Source of the DNA: a virus
Lineage: Duplodnaviria; Caudoviricetes
Virus record (IMG/VR): IMGVR_UViG_3300026519_000002
Span: 1-52,618 of that record
Reading direction: 5' to 3' (one strand)
DNA: 52,618 nucleotides
A model generated the notes under the pieces. It ran no database searches. It had not been told where the DNA came from and worked only from the letters and a program-made list of their open reading frames with translations. Of the stretch, positions 1 through 8,810 are shown in pieces (positions within the stretch are counted from its first letter, which is position 1; the number at the start of each line of letters is the position of its first letter). The translations under genes were made by a program, and so were the position numbers.

Positions 1-127
1 ATGCGGCGGCCGCATTCGCTGCCGCGGGCCTTGGCGTCGGCGACGGCGGGTCATCGCTCACGCCCCTCTTCGCCGGCTGGGACAAGTGCGGGATCCCACG
101 GTGTCACGACGCTCGGCGTAGGTCAGC
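1..127 (+). repeat. Terminal direct repeat, copy 1 (assembly circular overlap)
   Basis: 1-127 is identical to 52492-52618; 127 is a common assembler k-mer length. Confidence 0.95.
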
Positions 128-228
128 TTCGGCCATGTGGCGGGCGGACCGACGACGACCGAGGTCGTCGCGTGTTGATTACCCCGCTGCTGCACCACGC
201 GCCAGCTCTCTGGGGCTTGGTCAGGCAT
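58..228 (-). CDS. Small hypothetical protein (56 aa, MPDQAPESW...)
   Basis: Translated by hand. ATG overlaps the terS end, GGAGGG lies upstream, and it fills the gap to the HTH gene across the circle junction. Confidence 0.3.
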   Translation of the reverse strand: MPDQAPESWRVVQQRGNQHATTSVVVGPPATWPKLTYAERRDTVGSRTCPSRRRGA

Positions 229-757
229 CGTCTCCCTCCGGCTCTGGCAGGTAGAACTTCACGCCCCCGCTGCCCTCGAGCTCGATGCGCTGGCCGGGGC
301 CATACTCGGCGCGGCGTGTGCGCTCGAGAAGCCACTGCGCGGCCTGCCGACCCTCCCGCACCAGGTAGGCGTCGCCGCTCTCGCTGAGCTCGGCGATCGT
401 GTGCAGGTAGTCGAGCAGCTTCGCCTCGGCGACAGCCCTCGCGCGCGTGATGCGCTCCGCGAATACGGCATACGGCCGCTCACGCGCCACGCATGCCCCG
501 AGTAGCTCCTCCTCCGTGGCATCGGCCCCCAGCTTGGTCCGCGCCGCCTCGAGGGCTTGGGAGCCCCGGCTCCGCCATTCGTGGAGCGTGGCTTCTCCGA
601 GGCCATGCTTGAGCGCCGCAACCTTGAAGCTGTGGCCCTTCTCGACGGCGCTGACGACCGCCTCGACGAGCCCACGGTCGTGGATGCGGCTCCGCCGCCC
701 CTTGGGTCGACCGGTCTTTTTGCCCGGACGTTTCGTCGTCTTCTTCCGTGCCACCAT
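221..757 (-). CDS. terS: Terminase small subunit (HTH type)
   Basis: Basic GRP N-terminus, HTH (FKVAALKHGLGEATLHEW) and AAQWLLERT..EYG motif typical of TerS; co-oriented upstream of terL across the junction. Confidence 0.7.
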   Translation of the reverse strand: MVARKKTTKRPGKKTGRPKGRRSRIHDRGLVEAVVSAVEKGHSFKVAALKHGLGEATLHEWRSRGSQALEAARTKLGADATEEELLGACVARERPYAVFAERITRARAVAEAKLLDYLHTIAELSESGDAYLVREGRQAAQWLLERTRRAEYGPGQRIELEGSGGVKFYLPEPEGDDA

Positions 758-815
758 GCTGATCTACGCCTCCTACGTGGTTTCAAGCACTTAGGCGCGT
801 GATGTCCGAGGTGAG

Positions 816-871
816 GTGGAACGGAAACCCCTGTTTGTAGTTACTACAGGGGTTAGTGTTCCACTTTTTTT
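816..871 (+). terminator. Long hairpin plus T7 tract (intrinsic-terminator-like) in an AT-rich intergenic gap
   Basis: GTGGAAC(816-822)/GTTCCAC(858-864) and AACCCCTGT(826-834)/ACAGGGGTT(846-854), followed by TTTTTTT (865-871). Confidence 0.55.
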
Positions 872-914
872 GAATTCAGCACACACGCCAACTCTCCCAC
901 GAACTTAGGTCACG

Positions 915-3092
915 TCATTTCGCACGCTTGGGCGTCTTGCCTCCCTGCGCCGCGTCTCGCAGGGAGGCGACCACCTTCGGGGGTGGTGCGGCCTCTCCAC
1001 GGAGCCATCTCCGCACGGTGGTGTGGGCCACGTCGGCACGCCTTGCGGTGGCCCTCACGCCTCCCAGGGTCCGAACGATCTGGGCGAACGCCAGCAGGTC
1101 CGTCCCCTCACGCCGTGGTCGACCTCGAGGCGTCCCGTGGACCTCGAGACCCATGGTGGGACCGCCCACGCCTCGCTTACCCCGAGACGTCCCGTGGGGG
1201 GCCGGCCACCCGAAGGGGACCTGACGCCCCACATGAACCTGGGTGGCGGGGCGGCCACGGTGGATGACCCGAAGCCGTCCGTGGGCTTGCTCGAGCTCGG
1301 CGCGCGCCAGATCGTTTGCTCGCGCCGACACGTCCTCCTCGGTGGTGCGCGCCACGGCGTTCAGGTTGGGCAGCGGATCGCCGAGGGTCACCAGCGCGTC
1401 GTAGCGCTTCCAGGTGTCGAGCCCGCGCAACGCGCCGTAGTACCTCACCGATGGGGCTGGCACGCCCCGGTTAGCCGCCCACACCGTGGCCACGCTGTGG
1501 GCCCAGTCCTTCCAGGCCATGTAGACGACGACGCCGATCTGCGGCGCGTCGTAGCCTTCGGCCGCCACCTCGAGGGCCTGCTCGAGCACGCGCTGGTGGG
1601 GCTTGCGGCTGCGGCTCACCCGCTGCTCGAGGAGCACGCGTCGGACCTGGCAGCCGTCGGGGGCGCTCAGGTGGGTGATCGGGGGCTCGTAGCCCACGAC
1701 GTCGGCGAAGTGCCCCCGGTACAGGTGCACGTCGGCCGCCATAATCACCACGCGCCCATCGCGGTTGAGCACGCCGAGCAGCTGGCGCTCCACGCCGACG
1801 ATCGCGAGCTTGCGCTCCTTGGTGCGATGGGTCTCGAACACCACCGTGCAAACCCCCGCCTCGGTCAGCGCGCGGTGGAGCAGCGTCAGCACGCGGCTGG
1901 CCCGGCCGAGGCGCCCGGCACGGGTCGGATCCTCGCGCGTGGTGATAAGGTGCAGACGGTTGGCGACCGGGGAGAGGGCGTGCTTCGGGATGGCGCCCTC
2001 CAGCGCGCTCACCACGTCCTCATGACCAGCCTCCTCAAGCAGCTCGCCGAGGGTGCGGCCGTGGCTGAGCGCCGGATCGCAGTCGACCTCGGCGTCCGCC
2101 AGCGTGGCGGGCTCATCAAGAGGCGCTCGGCGCAGCCAGCTGCGCGCCACCGCGAGCGCCGGCGCGAACCGGTCGCCGAGCTCGAAGCGGGCGAGCTGGT
2201 CGAAGGCCTCGCAGAGGTCGTCGTCCGTCAGCACGTGATCGTCGAGCACTTCAGGGGGCTCATCGACCACCAAGAGGCCACGCCGACCGGTGACGCGGTG
2301 GAGCTCGGCGAGCAGTCCGTGGTTGCCCACCACCACAAGCGCATCGGAGGGACCATCGACGCCATCGGCCGCCGGGCACGTCTGCCGGTGGGGGCAGGGA
2401 TCGCGCTTACGGCCCTCGCACAGCTCCCAGCGGACGCTCTGCCACCCGTCGGCGAGTTTGGCGGCCGCGGGCCGGTAGGCGCAGGCCCAGCCGTGGTAGG
2501 GTCCGCGGACGCTCGTCGGTCCGAACAGCCGTGCGGTGGGGACGCCGGCGGCGCGGAGGTCGTCGGCGATCTGTACCGCGAGCTCGTTCGTCGGCACGCT
2601 GATGGTCGTGCGCAGGCCGGCAACGTGGCGCTCGGCCGCGATCATGCGCGCCGTGTGCGTCTTGCCGGCCCCGCAGGGGACGCGCACCAGGCTCAGCCCG
2701 TCTGGCGCCTCGCGGATCGCCCGCGCGAGCTCGGCCTGCATCTCGGGCAGGGAGACGGGCGTCTGCGGCTGCTGGCCGGTGAGCTCGTCGAGCAGCAACA
2801 CCAGGTGCGGCGGCAGGTCCGTGCGGATGGGATCGCGGTTCGCCCATCGATGGACGGTGTCGGTCGCGTTGCGCCGGTAGTGGTTGGGCGCGGGTGCCCG
2901 CCACCCCGCGCGCGCCGCCGCCACGTCCACGATCGCGGGCACCGCCTCCGGCGCCACGCCCCGCTCGAGCAACGCGCCAGCGAGGTTGAGGCTGAGCTGG
3001 TGACCGCCCTCAGTGATGGACGACAGCGCCGCGCCCAGCCGCTCGGTGCGGTCGGTCCACGTGGTAGGCAGCGCCGTCGCCAGCGGCTTCAT
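915..3092 (-). CDS. Replication protein: primase C-terminal-like domain + SF2-like helicase + C-terminal HTH (725 aa)
   Basis: Start reassigned to ATG 3092 (ATGA overlap). Walker A VPCGAGKT, LVVDE, QAHGRLR (motif VI), four Cys after motif Ia, C-terminal HTH (ATARRADVAHTTVRRW). Confidence 0.7.
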   Translation of the reverse strand: MKPLATALPTTWTDRTERLGAALSSITEGGHQLSLNLAGALLERGVAPEAVPAIVDVAAARAGWRAPAPNHYRRNATDTVHRWANRDPIRTDLPPHLVLLLDELTGQQPQTPVSLPEMQAELARAIREAPDGLSLVRVPCGAGKTHTARMIAAERHVAGLRTTISVPTNELAVQIADDLRAAGVPTARLFGPTSVRGPYHGWACAYRPAAAKLADGWQSVRWELCEGRKRDPCPHRQTCPAADGVDGPSDALVVVGNHGLLAELHRVTGRRGLLVVDEPPEVLDDHVLTDDDLCEAFDQLARFELGDRFAPALAVARSWLRRAPLDEPATLADAEVDCDPALSHGRTLGELLEEAGHEDVVSALEGAIPKHALSPVANRLHLITTREDPTRAGRLGRASRVLTLLHRALTEAGVCTVVFETHRTKERKLAIVGVERQLLGVLNRDGRVVIMAADVHLYRGHFADVVGYEPPITHLSAPDGCQVRRVLLEQRVSRSRKPHQRVLEQALEVAAEGYDAPQIGVVVYMAWKDWAHSVATVWAANRGVPAPSVRYYGALRGLDTWKRYDALVTLGDPLPNLNAVARTTEEDVSARANDLARAELEQAHGRLRVIHRGRPATQVHVGRQVPFGWPAPHGTSRGKRGVGGPTMGLEVHGTPRGRPRREGTDLLAFAQIVRTLGGVRATARRADVAHTTVRRWLRGEAAPPPKVVASLRDAAQGGKTPKRAK

Positions 3093-3820
3093 GCGGCGGC
3101 GCTCCTTTCGGCGACGCGCCGGCCGCTTGGGCCGGCCGAGCCTTTTGGGACGATGCGCCGGGGGACCATGCGGCTCAGATCGACGAGCGGCGACCGGTAG
3201 GCCACGGGACCGCGCTGCACGTGAGGCAGCCGAAACAGACGCGTCCAGTCGACACAGGACGAATCGACCTCGATGCCTTCGGCTGCGAGCTCCCCGATCC
3301 AGCTGGCGAGGTAGCGCTCGACCTCGCTCGCCACCACTGGCTCGTCGAGCGGCTGGATTAGACGGTAGCCCGCACGCGTGAGGTAGATCCCCGCCGTTCG
3401 AAGCACGGCGGCGTTGGCGAGCAGCTCGTCGAGCCGGGCACGGAGCGCTGGCGTCCACTCGCGGTGCAACGGGTTGTCGACGTCGACCATCAGCAAGTCG
3501 TGCTCGAGCGTGTAGCCCTGCTCGAGGACCCAGCCGAGCCCGGCCTTGTTCACCCGCGGCTGCTGCTCGAGGGGCCGGCCGTCGCGACCGACCACGTAGT
3601 AGGTGACCATGTGCGCGTCGCTCCGGTAGACGCGTTCGAGGGCCTCGGCGAGCGGCGCGACGCGGAAGGCCGGCCGCACCCGGGCGGTGTTGGCAGTGCT
3701 GCCGAGCTCGCCGCGCCAGTCGTAGGTGTGCGGCGCCGTCACCCCGTCGATCGTGGTCACCGCGCCCGGCGGAGCCACGCCGCGGTTGAACTTGGTGGGG
3801 GCGACGGCGACGAGGGTCAT
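3089..3820 (-). CDS. AEP/Prim-Pol-type primase catalytic domain (243 aa)
   Basis: DxD motif (MVDVDNP), TRAGYRL and DWTRLFRLP motifs; ATGA-coupled on both sides. Confidence 0.65.
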   Translation of the reverse strand: MTLVAVAPTKFNRGVAPPGAVTTIDGVTAPHTYDWRGELGSTANTARVRPAFRVAPLAEALERVYRSDAHMVTYYVVGRDGRPLEQQPRVNKAGLGWVLEQGYTLEHDLLMVDVDNPLHREWTPALRARLDELLANAAVLRTAGIYLTRAGYRLIQPLDEPVVASEVERYLASWIGELAAEGIEVDSSCVDWTRLFRLPHVQRGPVAYRSPLVDLSRMVPRRIVPKGSAGPSGRRVAERSAAA

Positions 3821-4260
3821 GCGTGGGAGAGCTCCTGCGCCTCTTGCCGGACGGTGGCCGACACGTCTGACCGTGTCGTCGTGGATTGCCGTCTGTCGCT
3901 GATGGCCTCGTCCACCAGCGCCACGTGCTGCCGGAGGTTGTCTTCGAGGCTCAACTTGGGGTCGTAGCGACAGACCACGTAGATTCCCCCGGAACTCTCG
4001 ATGAAGGCGCGCCACGACCGCTGCTCGTCGGTGACCACCCTGGTCGGGCTCTTGACCTCCACCTCGAGCCGCCACCCCTCGGGTCGCACGAGCCCGCTCA
4101 AGTCGGCAGCGCCCTTTGGCGCACCGTGAATCGCCCCCACGATCTTACCGCGACGGTTGCGCCTCGGAGGTGCTCCGGCGTTCTGCCGCCACACGCGGCT
4201 CTGCCGACCCGCGCGGCTGAGCGCTGCGGCCAGGTGCGGTTGGTATTCGGTCTCATTCAT
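3817..4260 (-). CDS. VRR-NUC family (PD-(D/E)XK) nuclease
   Basis: N-terminal E..Q, GAADL, LEVEVKSP, EQ..W and GG.Y motifs; ATGA overlap with the helicase stop. Confidence 0.8.
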   Translation of the reverse strand: MNETEYQPHLAAALSRAGRQSRVWRQNAGAPPRRNRRGKIVGAIHGAPKGAADLSGLVRPEGWRLEVEVKSPTRVVTDEQRSWRAFIESSGGIYVVCRYDPKLSLEDNLRQHVALVDEAISDRRQSTTTRSDVSATVRQEAQELSHA

Positions 4261-5858
4261 GCCCACCTCGTCGTCACCGGAGGGAGAAACTCATCGTCGT
4301 CGTAGGTGCCCTTGAGCCGCACGGCCGCGAACGCGGGGCCATTCAGACGCTCAAGCCGGTCCCATTCCTTCCGCCGCCGCGCGTCTTCACTGGACCATTC
4401 GGGCAGCCGGCACCCCGGAGGCGGCGAGCAGCCATAGCGATCATTGAATCGGTAGGTGAGCCACGCGGGCTTGCGGGGCTTGGTCCCGGGGCGGCTGTTG
4501 TGAGCCCGCCATTCGATGACCATCCAGTCCCACGCCTGGCGCAGATCCTCCTCGCTCAGCTCGGCGACCTCGACGAGCCGGCCGTCGCGCTCGCGCAGGG
4601 GCTTGCGCTCGGCCACTGGACGCGGCGCCCCGCATTCCTCGCACGCCATGGCGCTCAGATCGTTGGCGGCCTGACAGACCTTGCACTTCCAGACGAGCGT
4701 CCCGGTGCTGGCGTTGGGGCGCTTCTTTCGGCCCTCGAGCGTCCACTCGCGATCGATCTGGGGCAGGCCATGCTCGTCGGCGTTGGCGGCGTGATCGAGG
4801 ATGGTAAAGCGGTGCGGCGAGTCGTAGGGACGGGCCCCCCGTCCGGCTTGCTGCAGCCATACCCGGAGGCTCTTGGTCGGACGTGCGCTGATGACCGTCT
4901 TCACGGCTGGGACGTCGGTGCCTTCCCCGGCTATGTCGCAGTTCCAGAGCACCTCGATGCGGCCGCTCGCAACGTCCTCGAAGGCGCGATCGCGCACTTC
5001 GGTTGGCGTCGAGCCATCGACATGCGCAGCGCGGATCCCGGCGTCGAGGAAGCGCTTCGTGAGCCGCTGGCTGTGCTCGACGCTGACGGCGAAACCGAAG
5101 GTCGGCGCACCACCCCCGTGCTCCACCCAGTGCTCGACCACGTCGCCGACCAGCCCGTCGTCGAGCATCACGCCTTCGAGCTCGGCACCCTTGTAATCGC
5201 CGGCGACGACCTTCACCCGGCTCAGGTCGGGACTGCGCCGCGCCGACCAGACCCGCGGAGCCACGAGGAACCCCTCGGCGACGAGCTGCCTGTAGGTCGC
5301 CACGATGACGAGCTCCTCGTAGACGGCGTCGAGGCCTTTGCCGTCGGTGCGGCTCGGCGTGGCGCTCAACCCCGTGACGTGGGCGTCGGGGTAGTGATCG
5401 AGAATCCGCCGGTAGCTCTTGGCGAGGCTGCGGTGCGCCTCGTCGATGATGATGCGGTCGGCGGGGGGTAGCTTGCGCGACCGTAGGCTGTCGACCGAGG
5501 CAATCTGAACCGGCGCCGGCGGCCGTCGTCGAGCATAGGCGCGCCACACCTCGCCGGGGCTCGCGTCGAGCTCGGGCAGCGGCAACTGCAGCCCACCGCT
5601 CGGCACGCCGGCCATGATGATCCCCACCTGGCGCCAGTCCAGCCCGGCGCGCAGCAAGGTCGTGAAGGGCTGCCTGATGAGCTCTCGGCGGTGAGCCAGG
5701 AACAGGATGCGCTCGCCGGCCTCGAGACCGTCGGCGATGAGCTGGGCGGCAAGTACGGTCTTCCCCGCACCCGTCGGAGCGCACAGCATCACGCGCCGCT
5801 TGCCGCAGCCGTGCAGCCGCTCGAGGGCAGCCTGCTGGTAGGGACGTAGCTTCAGCAT
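4257..5858 (-). CDS. Superfamily 2 (SSL2/YejH-like) DNA helicase with C-terminal Zn ribbon
   Basis: LRPYQ, APTGAGKT, IIDEAH, SATP, EGTD.P, QQAGRGAR, CxxC...CxxC. Confidence 0.9.
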   Translation of the reverse strand: MLKLRPYQQAALERLHGCGKRRVMLCAPTGAGKTVLAAQLIADGLEAGERILFLAHRRELIRQPFTTLLRAGLDWRQVGIIMAGVPSGGLQLPLPELDASPGEVWRAYARRRPPAPVQIASVDSLRSRKLPPADRIIIDEAHRSLAKSYRRILDHYPDAHVTGLSATPSRTDGKGLDAVYEELVIVATYRQLVAEGFLVAPRVWSARRSPDLSRVKVVAGDYKGAELEGVMLDDGLVGDVVEHWVEHGGGAPTFGFAVSVEHSQRLTKRFLDAGIRAAHVDGSTPTEVRDRAFEDVASGRIEVLWNCDIAGEGTDVPAVKTVISARPTKSLRVWLQQAGRGARPYDSPHRFTILDHAANADEHGLPQIDREWTLEGRKKRPNASTGTLVWKCKVCQAANDLSAMACEECGAPRPVAERKPLRERDGRLVEVAELSEEDLRQAWDWMVIEWRAHNSRPGTKPRKPAWLTYRFNDRYGCSPPPGCRLPEWSSEDARRRKEWDRLERLNGPAFAAVRLKGTYDDDEFLPPVTTRWA

Positions 5859-6145
5859 TCCTCGAGCGTGTCAGCGAGGGTGGACCGTTGAAGGAGATTG
5901 CCGAGCTGGGGGTACTGCTCCATCATCTTCTGGCAGGCCTCGCAATCGACTCGGTCGACTCGGGTGGCTTGCTTGGAGGTCAGCCCGCAGAGCGTCGTGG
6001 GGGGGGGCTTATTGCGCTGCTTCCTTGGCCGAAGGCGTCCCCCCGTTCGAGGCGCATCCAGCACCCTGTCGCTGAAGAGCTGCTCGGGCAGCACCTTCGG
6101 CTGACGCTTGGCGAACCCATGGATGGGTGGGTAGTGGTACTTCAC
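5852..6145 (-). CDS. Hypothetical protein with Cys motif (97 aa)
   Basis: GTG start coupled (GTGA) to the upstream stop; TLCG...VDCEAC. Confidence 0.55.
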   Translation of the reverse strand: MKYHYPPIHGFAKRQPKVLPEQLFSDRVLDAPRTGGRLRPRKQRNKPPPTTLCGLTSKQATRVDRVDCEACQKMMEQYPQLGNLLQRSTLADTLEEC

Positions 6146-6576
6146 GGCTCCTCCCTTCCGGTCCGTTGCTCGTGCTCCGATCGTGCGTCGCGGGCCTCTT
6201 CCCAAAGCGCCCGGAGCGCCGGAACCCGACGAGCGAGCTTGACCTTGGCCTTGTTCTCGATTTGCCGGATGCGCTCTCTCGTGACGTTGAAGTGCTCGGC
6301 GACCCGCTCGAGCGTCTGCCCCTCCATCTCGGCGACATCGAGGGCACAGGTCTCGGGCACCTCGTCGACGTCGAGGCTCGGATACCAAATGGTCAGATTA
6401 CCGCTGGGAGAGACATCGAGGTAGAGGTGGTATCGGCAGCTCACCCATGGACACGGCCGCGGGCCGTCTTGGCAGTCACGGCGGTGTCGTGGCCTCTCCG
6501 CATCGGGGGCGTCGACCACAGGAAGGCGGACCAACTTCGCGAGCTCGCGTACGCTTTCGGTGTGCTTGCGCGGCAT
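6142..6576 (-). CDS. Sigma-70 region 4 HTH protein with N-terminal Cys/His (Zn) motif
   Basis: TLERVAEHFNVTRERIRQIE is a sigma r4 HTH; preceded by C-x6-CPWVSCRYHL and TCALDVA. Start could be 6621. Confidence 0.85.
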   Translation of the reverse strand: MPRKHTESVRELAKLVRLPVVDAPDAERPRHRRDCQDGPRPCPWVSCRYHLYLDVSPSGNLTIWYPSLDVDEVPETCALDVAEMEGQTLERVAEHFNVTRERIRQIENKAKVKLARRVPALRALWEEARDARSEHEQRTGREEP

Positions 6577-6633
6577 CTCGTCGTGCCGTCGCCGGTGCCG
6601 TCTGGACCGCGGAACCCGCATCGCTCGCCTGCT

Positions 6634-7086
6634 CTACGCGGCCGCGTGCCACCTTGCCGCGGGGGTGCGAGGCGTGCCCTGTTGCTCGATGAGGCCGTCC
6701 TCGAGCAAGGCGTTGAGGCGCCCCACCTCCTCGATGATCGCGGTGAAGGTGACCCCGTCATTGCGCTTCAAGAAATCGAGAATGGCTTGTCGATCCTCGG
6801 CCGCCGGGCTGCCGTTGCTAGGACGGTCGGGCGGCGCTTTCGGTCGTGACTGGGGGCGCTGCTTGTCGACGGTGGGCTGGCGTCGCTTGCCCGAAGCCCG
6901 GCGCTTCTTGGGCTTGCTGGGCGTCCCCTCATTGGCGGGGGTCGTAATCTGCGCCGCCACGCCGCGACGAGCGAGGGTGACCAGCTCGTCGTCCGGCAAC
7001 GCCCGGATGACGGTGGCGAGAGTCGTGTCGTCGACGCGGGACAACAGGGCGTAGAGCAACGCGTTTATGGGCTGACCTCGAAGCAT
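6634..7086 (-). CDS. Hypothetical protein (possible C-terminal wHTH-like segment)
   Basis: Co-oriented in the operon; helical N-terminus, basic linker, RQAILDFLKRNDGVT segment. Confidence 0.55.
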   Translation of the reverse strand: MLRGQPINALLYALLSRVDDTTLATVIRALPDDELVTLARRGVAAQITTPANEGTPSKPKKRRASGKRRQPTVDKQRPQSRPKAPPDRPSNGSPAAEDRQAILDFLKRNDGVTFTAIIEEVGRLNALLEDGLIEQQGTPRTPAARWHAAA

Positions 7087-7361
7087 GCGCGTCGCTCAGC
7101 CTTGGCGACGCGGACGTTGTGCATGATGGTGGTGTGGTGCCCCCCGAAGAGCCGAGCGATCTCGGGGTAGCTGAGTCCGTATTCCTGGCGAATGGCCAGC
7201 TGCAGGTGCCTGCGCACCCGCGCAACAGCCTTCGTACGACGGGCTCCGATGACCTCGGCAGGCAGCACGGCGTTGTCGCGACACGTCTGCTCGAGGAGCT
7301 TGTAGATCGGCGGACGCCGACGTAGCTCCCGAAGAAGCCTCTCCGCCTCATCCCACGTCAT
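7065..7361 (-). CDS. DnaA C-terminal (domain IV)-like HTH protein (98 aa)
   Basis: GARRTKAVARVR...GLSYPEIARLFGGHHTTIMHNVR matches the Bac_DnaA_C pattern; start reassigned to ATG 7361 after GGGGG. Confidence 0.8.
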   Translation of the reverse strand: MTWDEAERLLRELRRRPPIYKLLEQTCRDNAVLPAEVIGARRTKAVARVRRHLQLAIRQEYGLSYPEIARLFGGHHTTIMHNVRVAKAERRACFEVSP

Positions 7362-7580
7362 TTGACCCCCTGAACGTCTGGGACCGCTTCGCTGAACGTT
7401 CGTTTTTCCGTCTCGAAATCGGCAGGCATTTCGCCTCGAGGCGACGAAATCGTGCTGAGCCCTCGTGTTGTCCAGTGTCGGCCGTTCATCGGATTGTCCG
7501 TTCAGCTTTTTGCGCACGCACATGTGCCTCCTCACGATGATCGGTAATGCTCAACCCTCGCCGCCCAGGTCCACGTAGAG

Positions 7581-7781
7581 GTGGTCGAATTCGTCGAGAG
7601 CCTGACTACAATCGTCGCTATGGCACTCAACGGCCGGACCGCCCGCAAGGCGCTCATATGCCCCCATTGCGGCATGCTCCTGCGGCCCAACTACGCCGTC
7701 ATCCTGGCGATGACGGGCGTGTGGTTCTTCGGCTTCACCTTCGGCCTGTTGTGGTTGGTCATGCAGGCCGTGATGCGCTGA
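7581..7781 (+). CDS. Small membrane protein with CxxC (66 aa)
   Basis: CPHC followed by a hydrophobic C-terminus; isolated on the opposite strand. Confidence 0.45.
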   Translation: MVEFVESLTTIVAMALNGRTARKALICPHCGMLLRPNYAVILAMTGVWFFGFTFGLLWLVMQAVMR

Positions 7782-7795
7782 GCCCCCAGCGACCA

Positions 7796-8116
7796 TCAGG
7801 CTGTTTCGGGTCCAGGAGCCGCAGCGCTGGCGAGACGCTGAAGCTCGTCGAGAGGCCAGGGGCCAGTTGGGGCCGTGCTGAACGCGTCGATCTCGATGTT
7901 GAGCTCGTCCCGCACCTTGGGGAGGAACTTCAGCCCTGGCTTGCCGAACGCATAGAGCCAGCGGTTCACAAGCCCCGAATCGCAGCCGATCCGCTCGGCG
8001 AGCTCGGCCTGCGTCCAGTCACGGTCGAGCATCACGATCCAGAGCTGGCGCTGCCCCTCGTTCGCGTGAACGCCGAACGCGCGCTTCAAGATCGTGCGAG
8101 AGCGCTTCTCGGTCAT
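7796..8116 (-). CDS. XRE/Cro-CI family HTH regulator (candidate repressor or Cro)
   Basis: WTQAELAERIGCDSGLVNRW...KP; ATG lies 6 nt downstream of a -10 box (leaderless). Confidence 0.85.
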   Translation of the reverse strand: MTEKRSRTILKRAFGVHANEGQRQLWIVMLDRDWTQAELAERIGCDSGLVNRWLYAFGKPGLKFLPKVRDELNIEIDAFSTAPTGPWPLDELQRLASAAAPGPETA

Positions 8117-8151
8117 GCGCCCACTATGATGATAACTGTCAGGCCTGTCAA
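8117..8151 (-). promoter_or_regulatory. Leftward sigma70 promoter (leaderless) with overlapping operator
   Basis: TTGACA(8151-8146), 17-bp spacer, CATAGT(8128-8123), 6 nt, ATG; TGAT-N4-GTCA at 8130-8141. Confidence 0.75.
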
Positions 8152-8172
8152 GTAACAGACCTTGTTGCTGCC

Positions 8173-8188
8173 GCTGACATTCGTCAGC
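8173..8188. promoter_or_regulatory. Palindromic operator GCTGAC-N4-GTCAGC
   Basis: Perfect 6-bp inverted repeat; same core as the sites at 8130-8141 and 9618-9629. Confidence 0.6.
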
Positions 8189-8196
8189 ATCGACCG

Positions 8197-8810
8197 GTGG
8201 ACGACACCATCGGTGCGCGAATCGCCTACATGCTCGACGGTGGCTACTGCGTGATGCGCGTAGCGAGGCCCCAGGGGCACGAGGCCTGATCCGCGCTCAT
8301 CTCGGGCCGGGCGCTATCATTCGGCTGCGAGGACTCGCCAGCGTCGATGCGGCGCTCAGCTACGTTCACGGCCAGCCGCGCATCGCGGTTCGGCGTGGGC
8401 TGTCTCCAGCACGCGAGCGCTGGGCGCTGATCCATGAGCTCGCCGAGTGGCACCTCGGCGAGATCGGCTACGAGGAGCCCGACGTCGAGCTCGTGGCCGA
8501 GGCCATCACCGCGGCGCTGGTGCTGCCACATGATGCCTTCCGAGCGGCGCTCGCCGATCACGGTCCACGGTTCGGCCCGCTCGGCGATGCCTTCGTGGCC
8601 ACGCCCACAGCGGCCGCACTACGCCTCGGAGAGGTGACTGGATGGCCCCTGGCCGTGGTTGCTCCCACCGGCGTGCGGGTTCGAGGAGATGACTTCGGCT
8701 GGCCCCCCCCACCGGAGCTCGAGCGACTCGCGAAGGCGCGGCGGATGCCCCTCGGGGTCACGAAGCATCGCCTACCTGAACGCAGGCGATGGGCCCTGAT
8801 GGCGAGCTAG
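8197..8810 (+). pseudogene. ImmA/IrrE-like metallopeptidase, frame-disrupted or with a non-canonical start
   Basis: The frame open from 8178 encodes RERWALIHELAEWHL...EAITAALVLP but has no ATG/GTG/TTG until 8493. GTG 8197 is in another frame and stops at 8289. Confidence 0.6.

Noticed and set aside
1023-3200. Long antisense ORFs (also 10815-12401, 16817-18502, 35450-36988, 44194-46128, 46680-48389, 50241-51776)
   Set aside because: Shadow frames of high-GC genes; no motifs, and they lie opposite well-supported CDSs.
915-3458. Extended ORF starts (also terL to 51791 and 23304 for the 134-aa gene)
   Set aside because: They overlap upstream genes; coupled downstream starts fit better.
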